Shown: one piece after another, positions 16,472 through 32,415 of the stretch
How the letters are laid out: every line of letters starts with the position of its first letter
How positions within the stretch are numbered: position 1 is the first letter of the stretch
Source of the DNA: the human T2T-CHM13v2.0 reference genome, Homo sapiens
Reading direction: 5' to 3' (one strand)
Assembly: GCF_009914755.1 (NCBI RefSeq)
Contig: NC_060944.1
Length of the DNA stretch: 64,000 nt
The notes under the pieces: generated by a model
Told to the model about the DNA's origin: nothing
What the model saw: the letters and a program-made list of their open reading frames with translations, nothing else
Databases searched by the model: none
Program-made: the position numbers and the translations under genes

Positions 16472-17699
16472 GTACATATCCTGCAGAACCTCTGTGGTCT
16501 TAGGAAGGTTGAAAGTCACCAAATGTCACAGAAAATGAGGGTCAGGAAAGGCTGTGATCACAAGCTCTTGATCCAGAGGCCACTCGGGTGCATCTGTGTG
16601 ACTGACACCTCATTGCATCATCATTTCTTGTAAAATCAGCTTAATTTTGCAGAGAAATGGCCACAGATTTTTAGAATTATGCTGAATTATGTAAGGGAGC
16701 AGCCATTTTAAAAATAATGTAATCAAATAACAATAATAACATAACAGAAGTTTCTGCACCACACTGACACTGAACATGGCTGTCAACCAACTAGCCAAAC
16801 CAAGGTGAAAGATTCTCTGAACTTCAGTTTTAACTTACTTCGTCCATTCTCCCTTTTCAGATCTTATTTCTTCTTCCAAGGCAACTATATCCACTGTGAA
16901 CTGCTGCATATTAAACATTCAAAACATGTCTGTATCTAACCCAGTGATGGCTACAGCATTATAAAATAACTCCTAAGTGAATAGTGTGTGCAGCAATTCT
17001 CACAGCTAGGAGAATTTTTTTTGTCGATGTGTTAACCATTCCTTTTTCTCCAACTGCATTCTACTTAAACTGTTACAGTATTGTGTGATCACTTTAAGAG
17101 AGGTAATCCTTCAGTGAAAAGCATTATAAATGTTGAAGATTAGACCCCTGAGGACCTAGCACTGAAGCCTGATCACGGGTGCCAATTCCCTGAGAAGCTT
17201 TTATAGATTCCCAAATCCCATCGCTAGGCACTCTCTGACTGGCTTGTGATGGGTTCCAGCAATGTTGTTTTTTAAAAGCTCCTCAGGTAATTCTGATCAT
17301 GGACCAGGTTGGGGACCCTTTGCTCTGTTCAGTTTGTGGTTTCTAGGTGCCAGTGAGAAACCCCTACCCCCAATTTTTGTGCAAAATTTTTTTCAGCTTA
17401 CATCAAGTTCTTTATGAACCTCAGAAAATTAAAATATAACAAGGGAATTTACTTAGCTCAGAAGAGACAAGGGACATTATGGGGTGAAGGTCGGGGGTTG
17501 TTTGACATTTGCCCCTTCCCGATGTAACTAATTAAGCTTCAAGTTGTAATGTGTTTTATGGGCTAGAAGGCTTTAGTGCCTATATTTGGATCTCAGCTCC
17601 AACACCTTGGACTCTTACAACCTTGGGATAAGTTCTTACTAGCTCTGACTCTCACTCCCCATCTATAAATGGGAATAAGATGAACGGGGTAATTTATAG

Positions 17700-20060
17700 A
17701 TTTTTTAGTACCCTCTCTCTAGTTCCGCTGTTTTGCCATTCTGCTCATGCACCAATGCCATGTGATCTTATTGTAGCTTTGCACTCTGACACCTGGCAGG
17801 TCAAGTGCACCCTGGATTATCTTCTCATTAAAAATTTTCTTCAGTCTTTTAAGTTTTGAGTATAATTTCATAATGTCTTTTAAAATCTCTTTTGAATTCT
17901 TTTTCAAATTTATTTATTTTTTCTTTGACAGATAAGATTATATGTATTGTGTACAAAATTAGAAAGAGAGCTTTTCCTCTAAGATCTGAAACAAGACAAG
18001 AATGCTCACACGCACTAGTTCTATTCAACATATGGTACTGCAAGTCCTAGCCAGGACAGTTAGACAAGAGAAAGAAATAAAAAGCATCCAAATTTGAAAG
18101 GAAAAAGTTAAATTGTTCCTATTTGGAGACGACATGATTTTACACTTATAAAACCCTAAAGACTCCACCAGAAAACCATTAGAACTAATAAATTCAGTAA
18201 AGTTGCAGGATACAAAATTAACATACAAAAATCAGTAGTGTTTCTATATGCCAACAGTGAACTATCAGGAAAGAAATAAAAAGAAAGTGCCATTTACAAT
18301 AGCTACAAAATAAATATTTCAGAATAAATTTAGCCAAGAAGGTGAAAGATCTCTACACTGAAAACTATAAAACACTGATGAAAGAAATTCAAGGAGACAC
18401 AAATAGAAAGATAGCCTGTGCTCATGGGGGGATAATTAATGTTGTTAAAATGTCCATACTACCCAAAGTGACCTACAGATTCCATAGAATCCCTATCAAA
18501 ATACCAATGACATTCTTCACAGAAATAGAAAAAACAATCCTAAAATTGGGTGAAGGTGGCATCTTTGTCTCGTTTCAGATCTAAGAGGAAAAGCTCTCAA
18601 TTTTTCACCATTAAGTATGATGTTAGCTGTGACCTTGTCATATGTGGCCTTTATTGTGTTGAGGTACAATGCTTCTACACCTAATTCATTGAGAGTTTTT
18701 ATCATGAAAGAATGTTGAATTTTGTCAAACGCTTTTTCTGCATCTATTGAAATGATCGTATGGTTATTGTCTCACTCTGTTACTGTGATGTATCACACTT
18801 ATTGATTTGTGTATGTTGAACCATCCTTGCAGCCCTGGGATGAATCCCACTGTATCATAGTAAGTGATCTTTTTAATGAGCTGTTGAATTTGCTTTGCTA
18901 GAATTTTGTTAAGAATTTTTGCACCTATGTTCATCAGGGATATTGGCCTATACTGCCATTTTCTTGTGTGTTTTTGTGGGACTTTGACATCAGGATAATG
19001 CTGGTTTCTCCTGTTATTAATTTCTAGTTTTATACCATCATGCTTAGAAAAAAAACTTGATACGATTTCAGTCTAATTAAGTTTGTTAAGACTTGTTTTA
19101 TGGCCTAACATATGATCTGTCTTGGAGCATGCTCCATGTGCTGTTGAGAAGAATGTGTATTCTGCAGCTGTTGGATGGAATGTCCTGTATTTGTCTGTTT
19201 GGATCCATTTGGTCTAAGTGAAGTGTAAGTCTGATGCCTCCTTATTTATTTTCTTTCTAAATCTCCCGTCCAAAAATCTAAGAGATCCAAAGCAAACAGG
19301 GGGTTATAAAATTACCTTTGAATTCTGACTGAAATTGTGTTTACTTTGTAGATTATTTGCTGGTGACTTGGTATCTTTCAATATTGGTTTCCCAAACAAA
19401 AAACGTTGTATGTCTTTCTCTTTTTCCAGTCTTCTTTTATGTCTCAGTAAAATTTTGTAGCTTGCCTACTACTTATTTTCAGGTTAAATCCTAGATATTT
19501 TCAATTCTTACTGCCATTATGAATGAATGTTTTTCCCCATGAAATGTTTAACTACAGCTGATTTAGGGACTCACTGAGTTTTGATTTGTTGATTTGAAAA
19601 ACTACCACCCTGTTGAGCTCATGTATTTATTCTAAGACATTTTTTGAGATTTTCCAGGTAAAAAAATTATACCTAGATGAATTTATAGAACAACCTAATA
19701 GCATAAAAGCAATAGATTATTGTTCACCACATTAATGGGAATGCCTTTCCTCTTAAAATTATGATATCTTGGGCTTTGTGTTTGTGACAGCATTTCTTTA
19801 TGATGGAAAGAGACTATCCTTCCAGTTCTATAGAAACGTTTTAAAAATAGCTTACATTTTTAAAAATTTAGGAATGATATTGATTTTCATTGAAAACTTT
19901 TCAACATCTGAAGAAAATCTTTTCTTCCTAACCTATTAATAGAGCTCCTGATTTTCAACCATTCTTGTATTCCTAAAATAATCCATATTGGTCATAATGT
20001 ATTCTTCTTTTACTAAACTGTTAAAATAAGTTGGGTGCTGTTTTTTTAGATTTTGGCACC
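17700..20060. mobile_element. Nested L1 fragments including an inverted ORF2 segment (17966-18545)
   Basis: ORF2-like peptides on both strands ([15 protein letters not shown] on +; [35 protein letters not shown] on -). Confidence 0.85.
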
Positions 20061-20577
20061 TGTGTGAGAGGAGGGTGCCATGGCAGGGTGGCTAAGTGTG
20101 CCCACCTGTGTACTAGCATTGAATTTTGACCCTTTATCCCATTGGCTCTAAACACTACATCTCAGGTGAAGACGCCCAAATGTTTATCTCTACTGAGTTA
20201 CAGATTCCTATAACAATTGCTTAAATTGATACTCCCACTTGAATGTCTCATAGGTGTGGCAAAGTTTACATGTCTATACTGAAACTCTTGGTTTTCTCTC
20301 CCAGGCATGACCCTCCACCAGTTTGTCCTATTTCAGTAGATGGCATCACCGCCATCTCCCTGGTTATGGAAGTCCCAGACCCGGGCAACTCTCACTCCTC
20401 CATCCACTCAACCAGCAGGTCTTATTGGCTCTTTCTGTAAAATATGTCTCATTTATTCACAGCCTGCTAGCTGCATGGACTCCATCCCAGGCCACGCCAC
20501 CATCTTCCTGCAGCAGTTTCTTAACTGGCCTCTCCATTCCCTTTCTTGTCCCACTAAATTTTCTTCTATTTAAGAAA

Positions 20578-20697
20578 AAATGTTTTGTAGACATGGGGTT
20601 TCACCATGTTGCCCAGGCTGGTCTCAAACTCCTGGGCTCAAGCAATCCTCCTGCCTGAGCTTCCCAAAGTGCTGGGATTATAGGCTTGAGCTGAGCT
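20578..20697 (-). mobile_element. Alu left-arm monomer
   Basis: tttgtagacatggggtttcaccatgttgcccagg...gggattataggcttgagc. Confidence 0.88.
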
Positions 20698-21011
20698 TTT
20701 GAAAAAACATTCTATGATGTTACTGTCCTACTAAGACCCTTTAATGGCTCCCCACTGCTTTCAGAGGAAAATAGAAATTTCTCTCTGTGGACCATGAGGC
20801 CCTCATGATCTGACCCTCACCACCTCCCTAGTCTTAGCAGTCCACCTGCCACTGTCTCATGGGGCTCCACAGATTTGATCTCCTTTTTGGTCCTTAAGCC
20901 CACCAAGCTAAGTATCTTATTCAAAACTGTGTCCTCAGCCCCTAGCACAATTCTTGACCCTTAGAATTCTGACACTTGAAATGTGTGTTAAGCTAATCAA
21001 TAAATTATTGT

Positions 21012-21600
21012 GCCAGGCTTGGTGGCACAATAATGTGTTGTGGGTCACCTATATATAGCTGTGGCTCACACCTATAATCCCAGCACTTTGGGAGGCTGAG
21101 GCCTGCAGATTGGTTGAGCCCAGGAATTTGAGACCAGCCTGGGCAACATGGCAAGACCCCATCACTATTAAAAATACAAAAAAAAAAAAAAAAACCAGGC
21201 GTGGTGTTGCATACCTGTGGTCCCAGCTACTCAGGAGGATCACTTGAGCCCACTGGGTGGAGGTTGCAGAGAGCTGAGATCATGCCACTACACTTTGGCC
21301 TGGGTAAGACCCTGTCTCAAAAAAAAAAAAAAAGGTTATGGTACTGTAAATATTATATTACAGTGTATAATTTTTGACAGCTTTTTTTCTCCATTTCTTC
21401 TATGGTTATTGGTCAGTTCTAGCCTTCTATTTTTTTTTTTAAGCTGACACATACTGGCTGGGCATGGTGGCTCACACCTGTAATCTCAGCACTTTGGGAG
21501 GCCAAGACAGGAAGATCTCTTGAGCCCAGAAGTTTGAGGCGAGCCTGGGCAACATAGCAAGACCCCATCTCTACCAGAAAAGAAACAACAACAAAAAGAA
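21012..21600 (+). mobile_element. AluJ (21012-21333) plus Alu monomer (21456-21600)
   Basis: gtggctcacacctataatcccagcac... and ggctgggcatggtggctcacacctgtaatc..., each with an A-rich tail. Confidence 0.9.
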
Positions 21601-22374
21601 ACTGGCACATACTAGTTATTCCATAAATATTTCTTAAATGAATTAATTCTAAAGTTGATTTTTATAATTTACATCTTAATAGAAAGACAATCCATCTCAG
21701 AGATATTTTTATTCATTAAGGAAAGTTGCATAAAGTAATTTATTATCCTTTTAAAGCATTCTCTAAGCCTATTTCCCCTTATAGAGATATGTTTTCTAGT
21801 GATGTGTGTATGTTACATTTTCAAATAACTCTTAATTTTATTTAGAAATTCCACATTTTTGTGGGTTTTATTTATTAAATTCGATTTTCATCTCTATTAT
21901 TAATTTATGACAGTTTATTTTGAAGTTTTCTGTTTTCTTCCTTTTGAGTTGAATAATCATTTACTTTATTTTACTTCTTCTATTCAGTTGTATTATCCAT
22001 GTTCCTCTGATAGCCATGCAGGTTCCAAATCCTCACATTTTTCAACTTCTTTAAAAGATTTTTTTTGTGCTATCCTGATAAGCGTTAAGTGTTATATCAT
22101 TTTTTTTCATTTTTATTATATTCTTAATGATTTTGATTCTCTTTTTCTATCCTTTTGGTTTTCTTTCTTAGGTAAATGACCAGTTATATCTTTTGGCCAT
22201 TTTTTTCTGTTGGAATTACTGTCTCTTACTGCTCTGTAAGAATTCCTTGCAAGTTCTAGAAATGAATCCTCTGTTGATTTTAAGTACTAAAGTCCCCTTT
22301 ACCATTGTGTACTCTTTCTATTAACTTTGTCCAGAGTCAGCTTTATCGTGCTGAACAAGAATCTTTACATTTTA

Positions 22375-22915
22375 ATTTTTTTTTTTAATTTTTAAGTTCA
22401 AGGGTACAAGTGCAGGTTTGTTCCATAGGTAAACTCGTGTCATGGGGGTTTGTCATACAGATTATTTCATCACTCAGGTACTAAGCCTAGTACCCATTAG
22501 TTATTTTTCCTGATCCTCTCCCTCCCTTAGCCCTCCGATAGGCCCTAGTATGTGTTGTTCCTCTGCATGCATCCATGTGTTCTTATCATTTAGGTCCCAC
22601 TTATAAATGAGAACATGTAGAATTGGGTTTTCTGTTCCTGTGTCAGTTTGCATATCCCTGCAAAGAACATGATCTCGTTCTTTTCTGGGGCTGCATAGTA
22701 TTCGATAGCATATATGTACCACACTTTCATTATCCCAGCTATCACTGATGGGCATTTAGGTTGATTCCATGTCTTTGCTATTGTGGATAGTTTTGCAATG
22801 ACATACACGTGCATGTGTCTTTGTAATAGGATGATTTATATTCCTTTGGGTATATACCTAGTAATGGGATTGCTGAGTCGAATGATATTTCCGTCTTTAG
22901 GTTTTTGAGGATGTA
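22375..22915 (-). mobile_element. Primate L1 (L1PA/L1PB) 3' end, embedded in older L1 sequence (~21900-23900)
   Basis: tttaagttcaagggtacaagtgcaggtttgtt...tattcctttgggtatatacctagtaatgggattgctg; minus-strand ORF2 C-terminal peptides. Confidence 0.88.
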
Positions 22916-24489
22916 ATCAAATTCATCAATTATTTGCCTTATGGTTTGTGCTTTTTGTTTAAAAAGTTCTTCCCCCATTCCTCCTCCAGGTCACAAAGAC
23001 ATTTCCCAATATTTTCCTCTTCTAGCGCCAAACTTGTACCTTTCACATGTAAGTCTTGGATCCATCTAGAGTTCACTTTTGTATGTAGTTAGGGATCTAG
23101 TTTTCTTTTTCTTGTTTCCCAGAAGCATGAAACCTTCCTCCTTTATTGGTTCGTGGTGCCCATGTCAGCACACATCAAGTCCCTGTTAAAGTGTATCTAC
23201 GTGGGTTTCTCTCTCAACTTGCTTTTCTGTTTCCTTTGGTCTCTCCGTCTATTCCTGAGCTTTACCGTCCAGTCTTCGTCACTGTGGTTTTGTAGTGATT
23301 TCATGTCTGCTTTGGCAGATTCCCTCCTCTTTACACTTTTTTTTTAAGGTTGACCTTATTATTCATGGACATTTTCTTCCCCATAGAAGTTTACTGAACT
23401 TCTCAAAAAATTGAGATTACCTGGAATTTTAACTGGCATTTTATTGCAACTACCAGTTCATTTAGGATAATGGACATCTTTATAATACTGAGTTATCGCC
23501 ATCAAGACCATGGAATGCCTCTCCATTTTTTTCAGACCATCTTCTGTGTTCTCTGTATAATGTGTCACCCATCAGAAGTCTTTTCTTAGTTAAGTCAATT
23601 CCTAGACGCTTTACAGTTTGGTTGTTACTTTGAATATCTGTATTTTCTTCTGGTCAGTTATTGCTACTGTAGAGGAATGCCATTGGTTTTCGTAGGCTGA
23701 CCTTCAGTCCCACAACCTTGCACTCTAGCGTTGGTTCTCATGTTATCCCTGTTATTCTGTTGGATTTTCTATGTGCATGATCACACTAATTGCAAACAGT
23801 GTCAGCTAGAGCACTTTCCTTGCCATTCTTACACCTGTTACTTCTTTGCATATGGCCTTGGACAGCACCTTGAGTCCCATGACAATGGATGTCCCTGTTG
23901 TATTTCTGAGTGTATTCTTAGCATTCTTCTTAGTAATAAACAGGTATTGACCATTACCGTATACTTAATAGGATATCTTGAAATATGCCAGAGGACTAGG
24001 CCACTACTTGACTGGTGACAGAGAGTATCTTAGATGTATAGGCCCCCAGACATGCCAGTGTCCTCTCTCACCACCCATCTCCACTCCAAAGTTGTCTGGC
24101 CTCACCCACCTTCTGTGCCTGGTTCTTCTCCTCTGTGCTTCTCTCACTATGCCATGTCCTCGCCTGTTCAGGTGTCTCTAAGAGCTCATAGATCCTTAAC
24201 TCTTACAGCTTTAAATGAGGCACATTCAAAGCCCGACTCAGTGTCATTCCCTGCAGTCTCCTCTTCCTCCCATCTTACCCATTTCAGGTAATATCTCCAG
24301 CCAGCCAGAGTCTACTGCAGTAGCTGGCACATGAAATAAATGTTTATTTAACTGAATTGAAAATGTTAGCTGGCCATTGTCAAAAATACTATTTTGTAAA
24401 TTTATAAATATGGTTCTCTTTGTATATCCATTATAAATATTTAGTATTTAGTTTGATTATTCCTTATGCTTTATAACATGTGTTTTCCC

Positions 24490-25250
24490 ATTCATTCATT
24501 TATCCAGCATTTATTTTGCATGTCTATGGGTCAAGCGCTCTGTCTAGGAACACTGCTGTGAACAAAACCAAACTCCCGCCCTAAAGGAGCCTGCACTCCC
24601 GTGGAGAACATGAATAATAAGCACAGAGGAAATAACATAATATCTCAAGTAGCTGTAACTGCTCCAGAGAATAATGAAGCCAGGAAAGGGGGTGGGCTAG
24701 GGGGTGCTGTTTTAGGTAGAGTGATGGGAACAGCCCCACTGAGCAAACTTTAGCCACATGAGTAGCTGGAAGAAAAGCCTTCTAGGACCAGGGAACAGCA
24801 AGTGCAACAGCCCTGAGACAGGATGGGCTTGTCAGTTTGAGGAGCAGTGGGAGGCCTGAACCAGGTTACATGGGGCCCAGCCAGTATGGCCACGACTTTG
24901 TGTTTTATCCAGAGTACAAAGGAGCCTCACTGAGGGACAAGGGAAGTGGCATGATGTGACCCGCATATTAAGAGGAGAGCGCTCAATGGCAGCCAGGGGA
25001 GGAGCAGGGAGGCTGGTTGGGAGGCTGTTGAAGAAATCAGGTGAGAAGTGATGGAAGCACCGAATAAGATGGTCATGTTGGAAAAATTGAGAAGCTGAGG
25101 TGCTTAGCATTGATTTTCAAGGTAGAGCTACTGAGATTTGCTGATAGATCCAATGTATGCTGGGAGAGAAAATTCAGTCACTCTAGAGCATTGGCTGGAT
25201 TTGTCACCCATTGCAGCGAATGGAGAAGGTGCTGACATAAAAGCCCTTTA
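24490..25250 (-). mobile_element. L2 3' region
   Basis: ttcattcatttatccagcatttatt...ccctaaaggagcctgcac...gggaacagcaagtgcaa: typical reverse-complement L2. Confidence 0.7.
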
Positions 25251-26399
25251 GACTGAAAGCTACTGACTGAGGGGATGGTGCCCTAGTTTGATTTCCTGGG
25301 GTGTATGAGTAGCAGGGAGGCCAAGAGCTGGGCCTCACGAGATTGTGGGGACTACATCAGGGAAGCAGGCCTGCAAAGAACCTGCACCACAGACCCCCAC
25401 CTAAAAGAGCCTCCAAAAACCCTAACTGGCATGACCTGAGTACTTTAACTCTGCTTGTAACTTTCAAATATATTTTGATTTGCTTATGACCACCAAGGCA
25501 AAACTTCCCATTTCAATAATGTTAGTAGAAACATAAACAGGATGTTAATTTATTTATTTGGTAATTCTTTTTATGAATATTATCCAGTTTAATCATTAGC
25601 TCTGAAGGAGATGAAAAATAATTTTCTAATTTTTAGAAAAATTTGCAGCTAATTGGGTGATAAAGGTAAGGGGTTTCTGAGTTCACAAAAATGTTCTAAA
25701 ATTGGCAACAGTTTCGGTTGCACGTTTCATTAAATGTACTAAAAACCATTGAACTGTACATGGTATATGGTGAATTATATGGTATGTGAATTATATCTCA
25801 ACAAGCTGGGTATTGTTTTTTTAAAAAATAAAAATAAAAAAGGAGAAAGAGAGAGAGAAAAACAATTGCAGATCATCCCAGCACTGAGGACAAGACTAAC
25901 TTCAGTGTTCCAGTATATGCCATTATAGGTTTTACGGCACACAGTGATGATTTGGAGCCTATGATTTGACCTAGGGTACAGCAGGTACTGTTTAGCAATC
26001 ATTTTACTATTGTCATAGGTCTCTGCTCTTGGAGCTAAGTGCCCAGGGTAAATGAGATCTTTAATTTGAAAAGAGATTTTTGATTTGATGAATGTACATT
26101 CTCCAAAGGGTCATAAATTGTCATTCTGGATGTTTGATCTGTTTGTTGTTTTGGTACAAAAATTAGAAGAAAATAATTCACTCATAAAATGTTAAATAAT
26201 GAACTAAAAGTCATTCATCAAGTCCATAACTTAGGGTCACATTTGTCCTTGGAGCAGGAGAAAGAGTTGTGTTCACCCTTTTCTTACTTTTGCTTTTGTC
26301 CTAAGTGCTTCAGAGAAGTACAGGGTGGCAACAGTGTTTCTACTGAGCAGCTGATACCATTGCTATGCACTCATTCATTATGCAGGAAACATTTAGTAA

Positions 26400-27194
<795 letters not shown>

Positions 27195-28775
27195 GGAAGG
27201 TCTTCCTGTTTTCACCATCTTTCTAATCTTTTTCCAGCTTGAGGGAGGCGGTATCCACCTGCAGCCCTTTTAGTGGTGGTGTCTCACTCTTTCTTCTCTC
27301 TTTGTCCCGGATAGGCTAATCAATACCCTTGGCACTGATGGGCACTGGAAAACATAGAGTAGACCTGAGATGCTGGTCAAGCCCCCTTTGATTGAGTTCA
27401 TCATGAGCCGTTGCTAATGCCAGGCCAGTAAAAGTATAACAGCAAATAACCATTGGTTAATCTGGACTTATTTTTGGACTTAGTGCAACAGGTTGAGGCT
27501 AAAACAAATCTCAGAACAGTCTGAAATACCTTTGCCTGGATACCTCTGGCTCCTTCAGCAGCTAGAGCTCAGTATACTAATGCCCTATCTTAGTAGAGAT
27601 TTCATAGCTATTTAGAGATATTTTCCATTTTAAGAAAACCCGACAACATTTCTGCCAGGTTTGTTAGGAGGCCACATGATACTTATTCAAAAAAATCCTA
27701 GAGATTCTTAGCTCTTGGGATGCAGGCTCAGCCCGCTGGAGCATGAGCTCTGTGTGTACCGAGAACTGGGGTGATGTTTTACTTTTCACAGTATGGGCTA
27801 CACAGCAGCTGTTCAACAAGAGTAAATATTGTCACAACACTGAACCTCTGGCTAGAGGACATATTCACAGTGAACATAACTGTAACATATATGAAAGGCT
27901 TCTGGGACTTGAAATCAAATGTTTGGGAATGGTGCCCTTGGAGGCAACCTCCCATTTTAGATGTTTAAAGGACCCTATATGTGGCATTCCTTTCTTTAAA
28001 CTATAGGTAATTAAGGCAGCTGAAAAGTAAATTGCCTTCTAGACACTGAAGGCAAATCTCCTTTGTCCATTTACCTGGAAACCAGAATGATTTTGACATA
28101 CAGGAGAGCTGCAGTTGTGAAAGCACCATCATCATAGAGGATGATGTAATTAAAAAATGGTCAGTGTGCAAAGAAAAGAACTGCTTGCATTTCTTTATTT
28201 CTGTCTCATAATTGTCAAAAACCAGAATTAGGTCAAGTTCATAGTTTCTGTAATTGGCTTTTGAATCAAAGAATAGGGAGACAATCTAAAAAATATCTTA
28301 GGTTGGAGATGACAGAAATATGATTGATTTGAAGTGGAAAAAGAAATTCTGTTAATGTTAATTAAAGTAAAATTATTCCCTGAATTGTTTGATATTGTCA
28401 CCTAGCAGATATGTATTACTTTTCTGCAATGTTATTATTGGCTTGCACTTTGTGAGTATTCTATGTAAAAATATATATGTATATAAAATATATATTGCAT
28501 AGGACAGACTTAGGAGTTTTGTTTAGAGCAGTTAACATCTGAAGTGTCTAATGCATTAACTTTTGTAAGGTACTGAATACTTAATATGTGGGAAACCCTT
28601 TTGCGTGGTCCTTAGGCTTACAATGTGCACTGAATCGTTTCATGTAAGAATCCAAAGTGGACACCATTAACAGGTCTTTGAAATATGCATGTACTTTATA
28701 TTTTCTATATTTGTAACTTTGCATGTTCTTGTTTTGTTATATAAAAAAATTGTAAATGTTTAATATCTGACTGAA

Positions 28776-28781
28776 ATTAAA
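28776..28781 (+). terminator. PRNP polyadenylation signal ATTAAA
   Basis: ctgaaATTAAAcgagcgaagatgagcacc, followed by GT/T-rich downstream sequence (28806-28860). Confidence 0.85.
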
Positions 28782-29140
28782 CGAGCGAAGATGAGCACCA
28801 CCTCCCGTGTCTGCAGTTGTATTTCCTGGTGCTTGCCCTGTGTTGGGGACTGTTTTGGGGGTTAATCTGAGCCAAGTGGCGCTTTCTGTCCTCCCTTCTC
28901 AAGTGATGGCCGATGGTTCACGCACTTCCCCCTGTTCCTGCCCTTGTCCTCACTTCCCAGTCACCCACTAGTTCATCTCTGCGGCTTTTGCATTTTCTCC
29001 ACAAGCATCTAAGTGGGCTTAGCACTGGTAAACTGCAAAGGCACTATTGCAGCAGGAGGAACAGTCTGGGAGCTTTTTTCAGTCCTGGATTTAGAAATAG
29101 ATTTTCTTGATTAAAATGAAAATTAACAAGCTCTAAAGAA

Positions 29141-29890
<750 letters not shown>

Positions 29891-30725
29891 TGCCTGCTTT
29901 ATGCACCCCAAATCAGGCTCTAAAATAGTCTCAGGTCCTGTGAGCCTTAGTGACACACTCTTCTCAGATTCAATACCTTTGATCTGAAAGGTGACTTTGA
30001 TTTGTCATAATCTTCCAACTCATTCTCTACATGTTTCGACGCACCAGCACTGTGATGTTCTTGGTTATCCTTGGCAGAAGTTTTCTCCTGCAACTAATTT
30101 GCTAAAGGCAGGGGGTAATCAGAAGTGACAGTGGTTGAAATCACAGGCCAATATCTTAGCAAACGTCTGTGTTGTAAATGGGGAAGTGCCTCTGGTGGGG
30201 TCTTCAAGGATCACTCCAGCCTGGCTAGGGAAACTCTAGGGGAGAGGCACTTGAAATTATTGTACTCATAGGTCCTAGAGAGGGAGGCATGTCATGCCAA
30301 GCAGGGGGCTGGATTGGAGGCGTGCCCAGGGATTGGGTGCAACTCAGCGTGTATGAGACAGAAAGAGAGAGAACTCCTGGGCAAGTGCCTTTACTGGGAG
30401 CCAGGATGGAGGACACAAGCACAAGGTGTAAGGGGATCTCACTGGTGTGTTTGAATGTCACTAAGTCACAGTCAGGGGAAGACAAGAAGTGGAACTTGTG
30501 GCAGGGACCAGCCTTATTACACTGGCACCTGGTTACCTGGACAGGGTGCCCACTGCCTATTTGTAGGATGTCAAGGTATCAGGAAAATATGAAGTTTTTA
30601 AAAATTTACAATATAATGCCAACCTCCTACGGTGATCAGAGGATCAGCTTTGTATTAAAGATGGAAAGATACCAATCATCACCCACAAAACTACTAAAAC
30701 AGAAAGAATGACAAATACAATTCTC

Positions 30726-31068
<343 letters not shown>

Positions 31069-31809
31069 TCAACTGAGGAGACTTAAAGTGTTCGAAGCAT
31101 AGCTACTTGTAGGACCAGAGTGAATAATATCCACCTGTATCTTTCCCAGGCCTCATGTTTCCTTTGTTATTTCAAACGTGTGAGTCATGCAAAAGGAATT
31201 TTTACTAAAAAGGAAAAGAAAAAAACTTAAAATGACCAGCATAAACATAATTGAGTTCAATCCCCCAGAAAGGGTTATTCGGAGAACAGCCAGGCGCTGC
31301 CCTTGTTTTTCCCCCTCCCCATCTGGGGCTAAGACCAAAAGGGGTCTGTCTTTGGAGGGAAATCTGGGTCTGTACAGCTTCCCACTCTAAGGGGAGCCTT
31401 AATCCCAGCCGGAACCTGAGCTTCTCCAGGCAAGGCCTGACCTTGCCGACTGATCTAAGCATTCTGCGCTTCATTTTCACCCCAGAAAGGTGACTTCCTC
31501 CTGGCTGGGGGGCTCCTCCCCTAGGACTCAGCTCATCCTGAACTAATAACCGCGTTATGTCCATCCTTTGTTCCGTTCTTTGAGTCCCACCCATGTTCTT
31601 CAGGAAAGCTGCAGCTGGTCCACGTGCCTTGCCTGTGCTTCTGTAGAACTACCCCTCCCTTCTCTGCCTGCAGCAGGGCTCCTGGAACTTGAATGTGCAC
31701 TTGAATCTGCAGGTCCTGACTGTAGGTCTGTGTTTCTAACATGCTGCTGGGTGACGCTGTGCCCGTCCTGTGGTCGGCATTGTAACAAGGCTCCGCGGGT
31801 TCCCACGCC

Positions 31810-32415
31810 GGAGTCTGCGTCAGAAACCTCTGGAGGGCTTGTTATACACAGATGGCTGAACCCCATCCCCAGAGTTTCTGATTCCCTAGTACCAGGGTGG
31901 GGTCTGAGAATTTGCATTTCTAACAAATTCCCAGGTGATACTGATGCTGCTGGTGCGGAGAGGTCACATGGAAACCACTGCTCGGCAGATGCAAAAGAAG
32001 CAGAAGCCGCCCCAACCCTGAAATACTCACAAAGCTGCTGTGGAGACCAGACACCTGCCGGGGGAATGAGAGCCTGGGGATCCTGCCTGGGAGGAAGAGA
32101 GAGCTGGGAGCTCTATGGGTGAATGCCAATGGAGGTGCAAGGAGGTGACTAACTCCTGCCGTCTGAAAATAGTGAAGCACAGCCGAGGCCTGAAGCCCAC
32201 CCTTAGTGAGAGATATAGTTAAACTTGGAAATGGTGCCCAGTCACTTGAAAACAGCACTTCTCAGATTCAGATGTACACATGAACCACCTGAGGATCTTA
32301 TTAAAATGTGGGTTCTGAGGCTGTAGCTCTGAGGTGAGCTCAGAGATTCTGCAGTTCTAGAAGCTTCCAGGTGATGCAATGCTGCTGGTGCAAGGACCGC
32401 TCTCTGAGAAACAAG
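31810..32415. mobile_element. Two MER5-type hAT fossils (~31810-31980 and ~32252-32415)
   Basis: gggtggggtctgagaatttgcatttctaacaaattcccaggtgatactgatgctgctggt and cttccaggtgatgcaatgctgctggt. Confidence 0.7.

Noticed and set aside
18025-18705. Reverse-transcriptase-like peptides (L1 ORF2 peptides also at 22501-22978)
   Set aside because: Decayed L1 ORF2 fragments with stops and frameshifts; not an active element.
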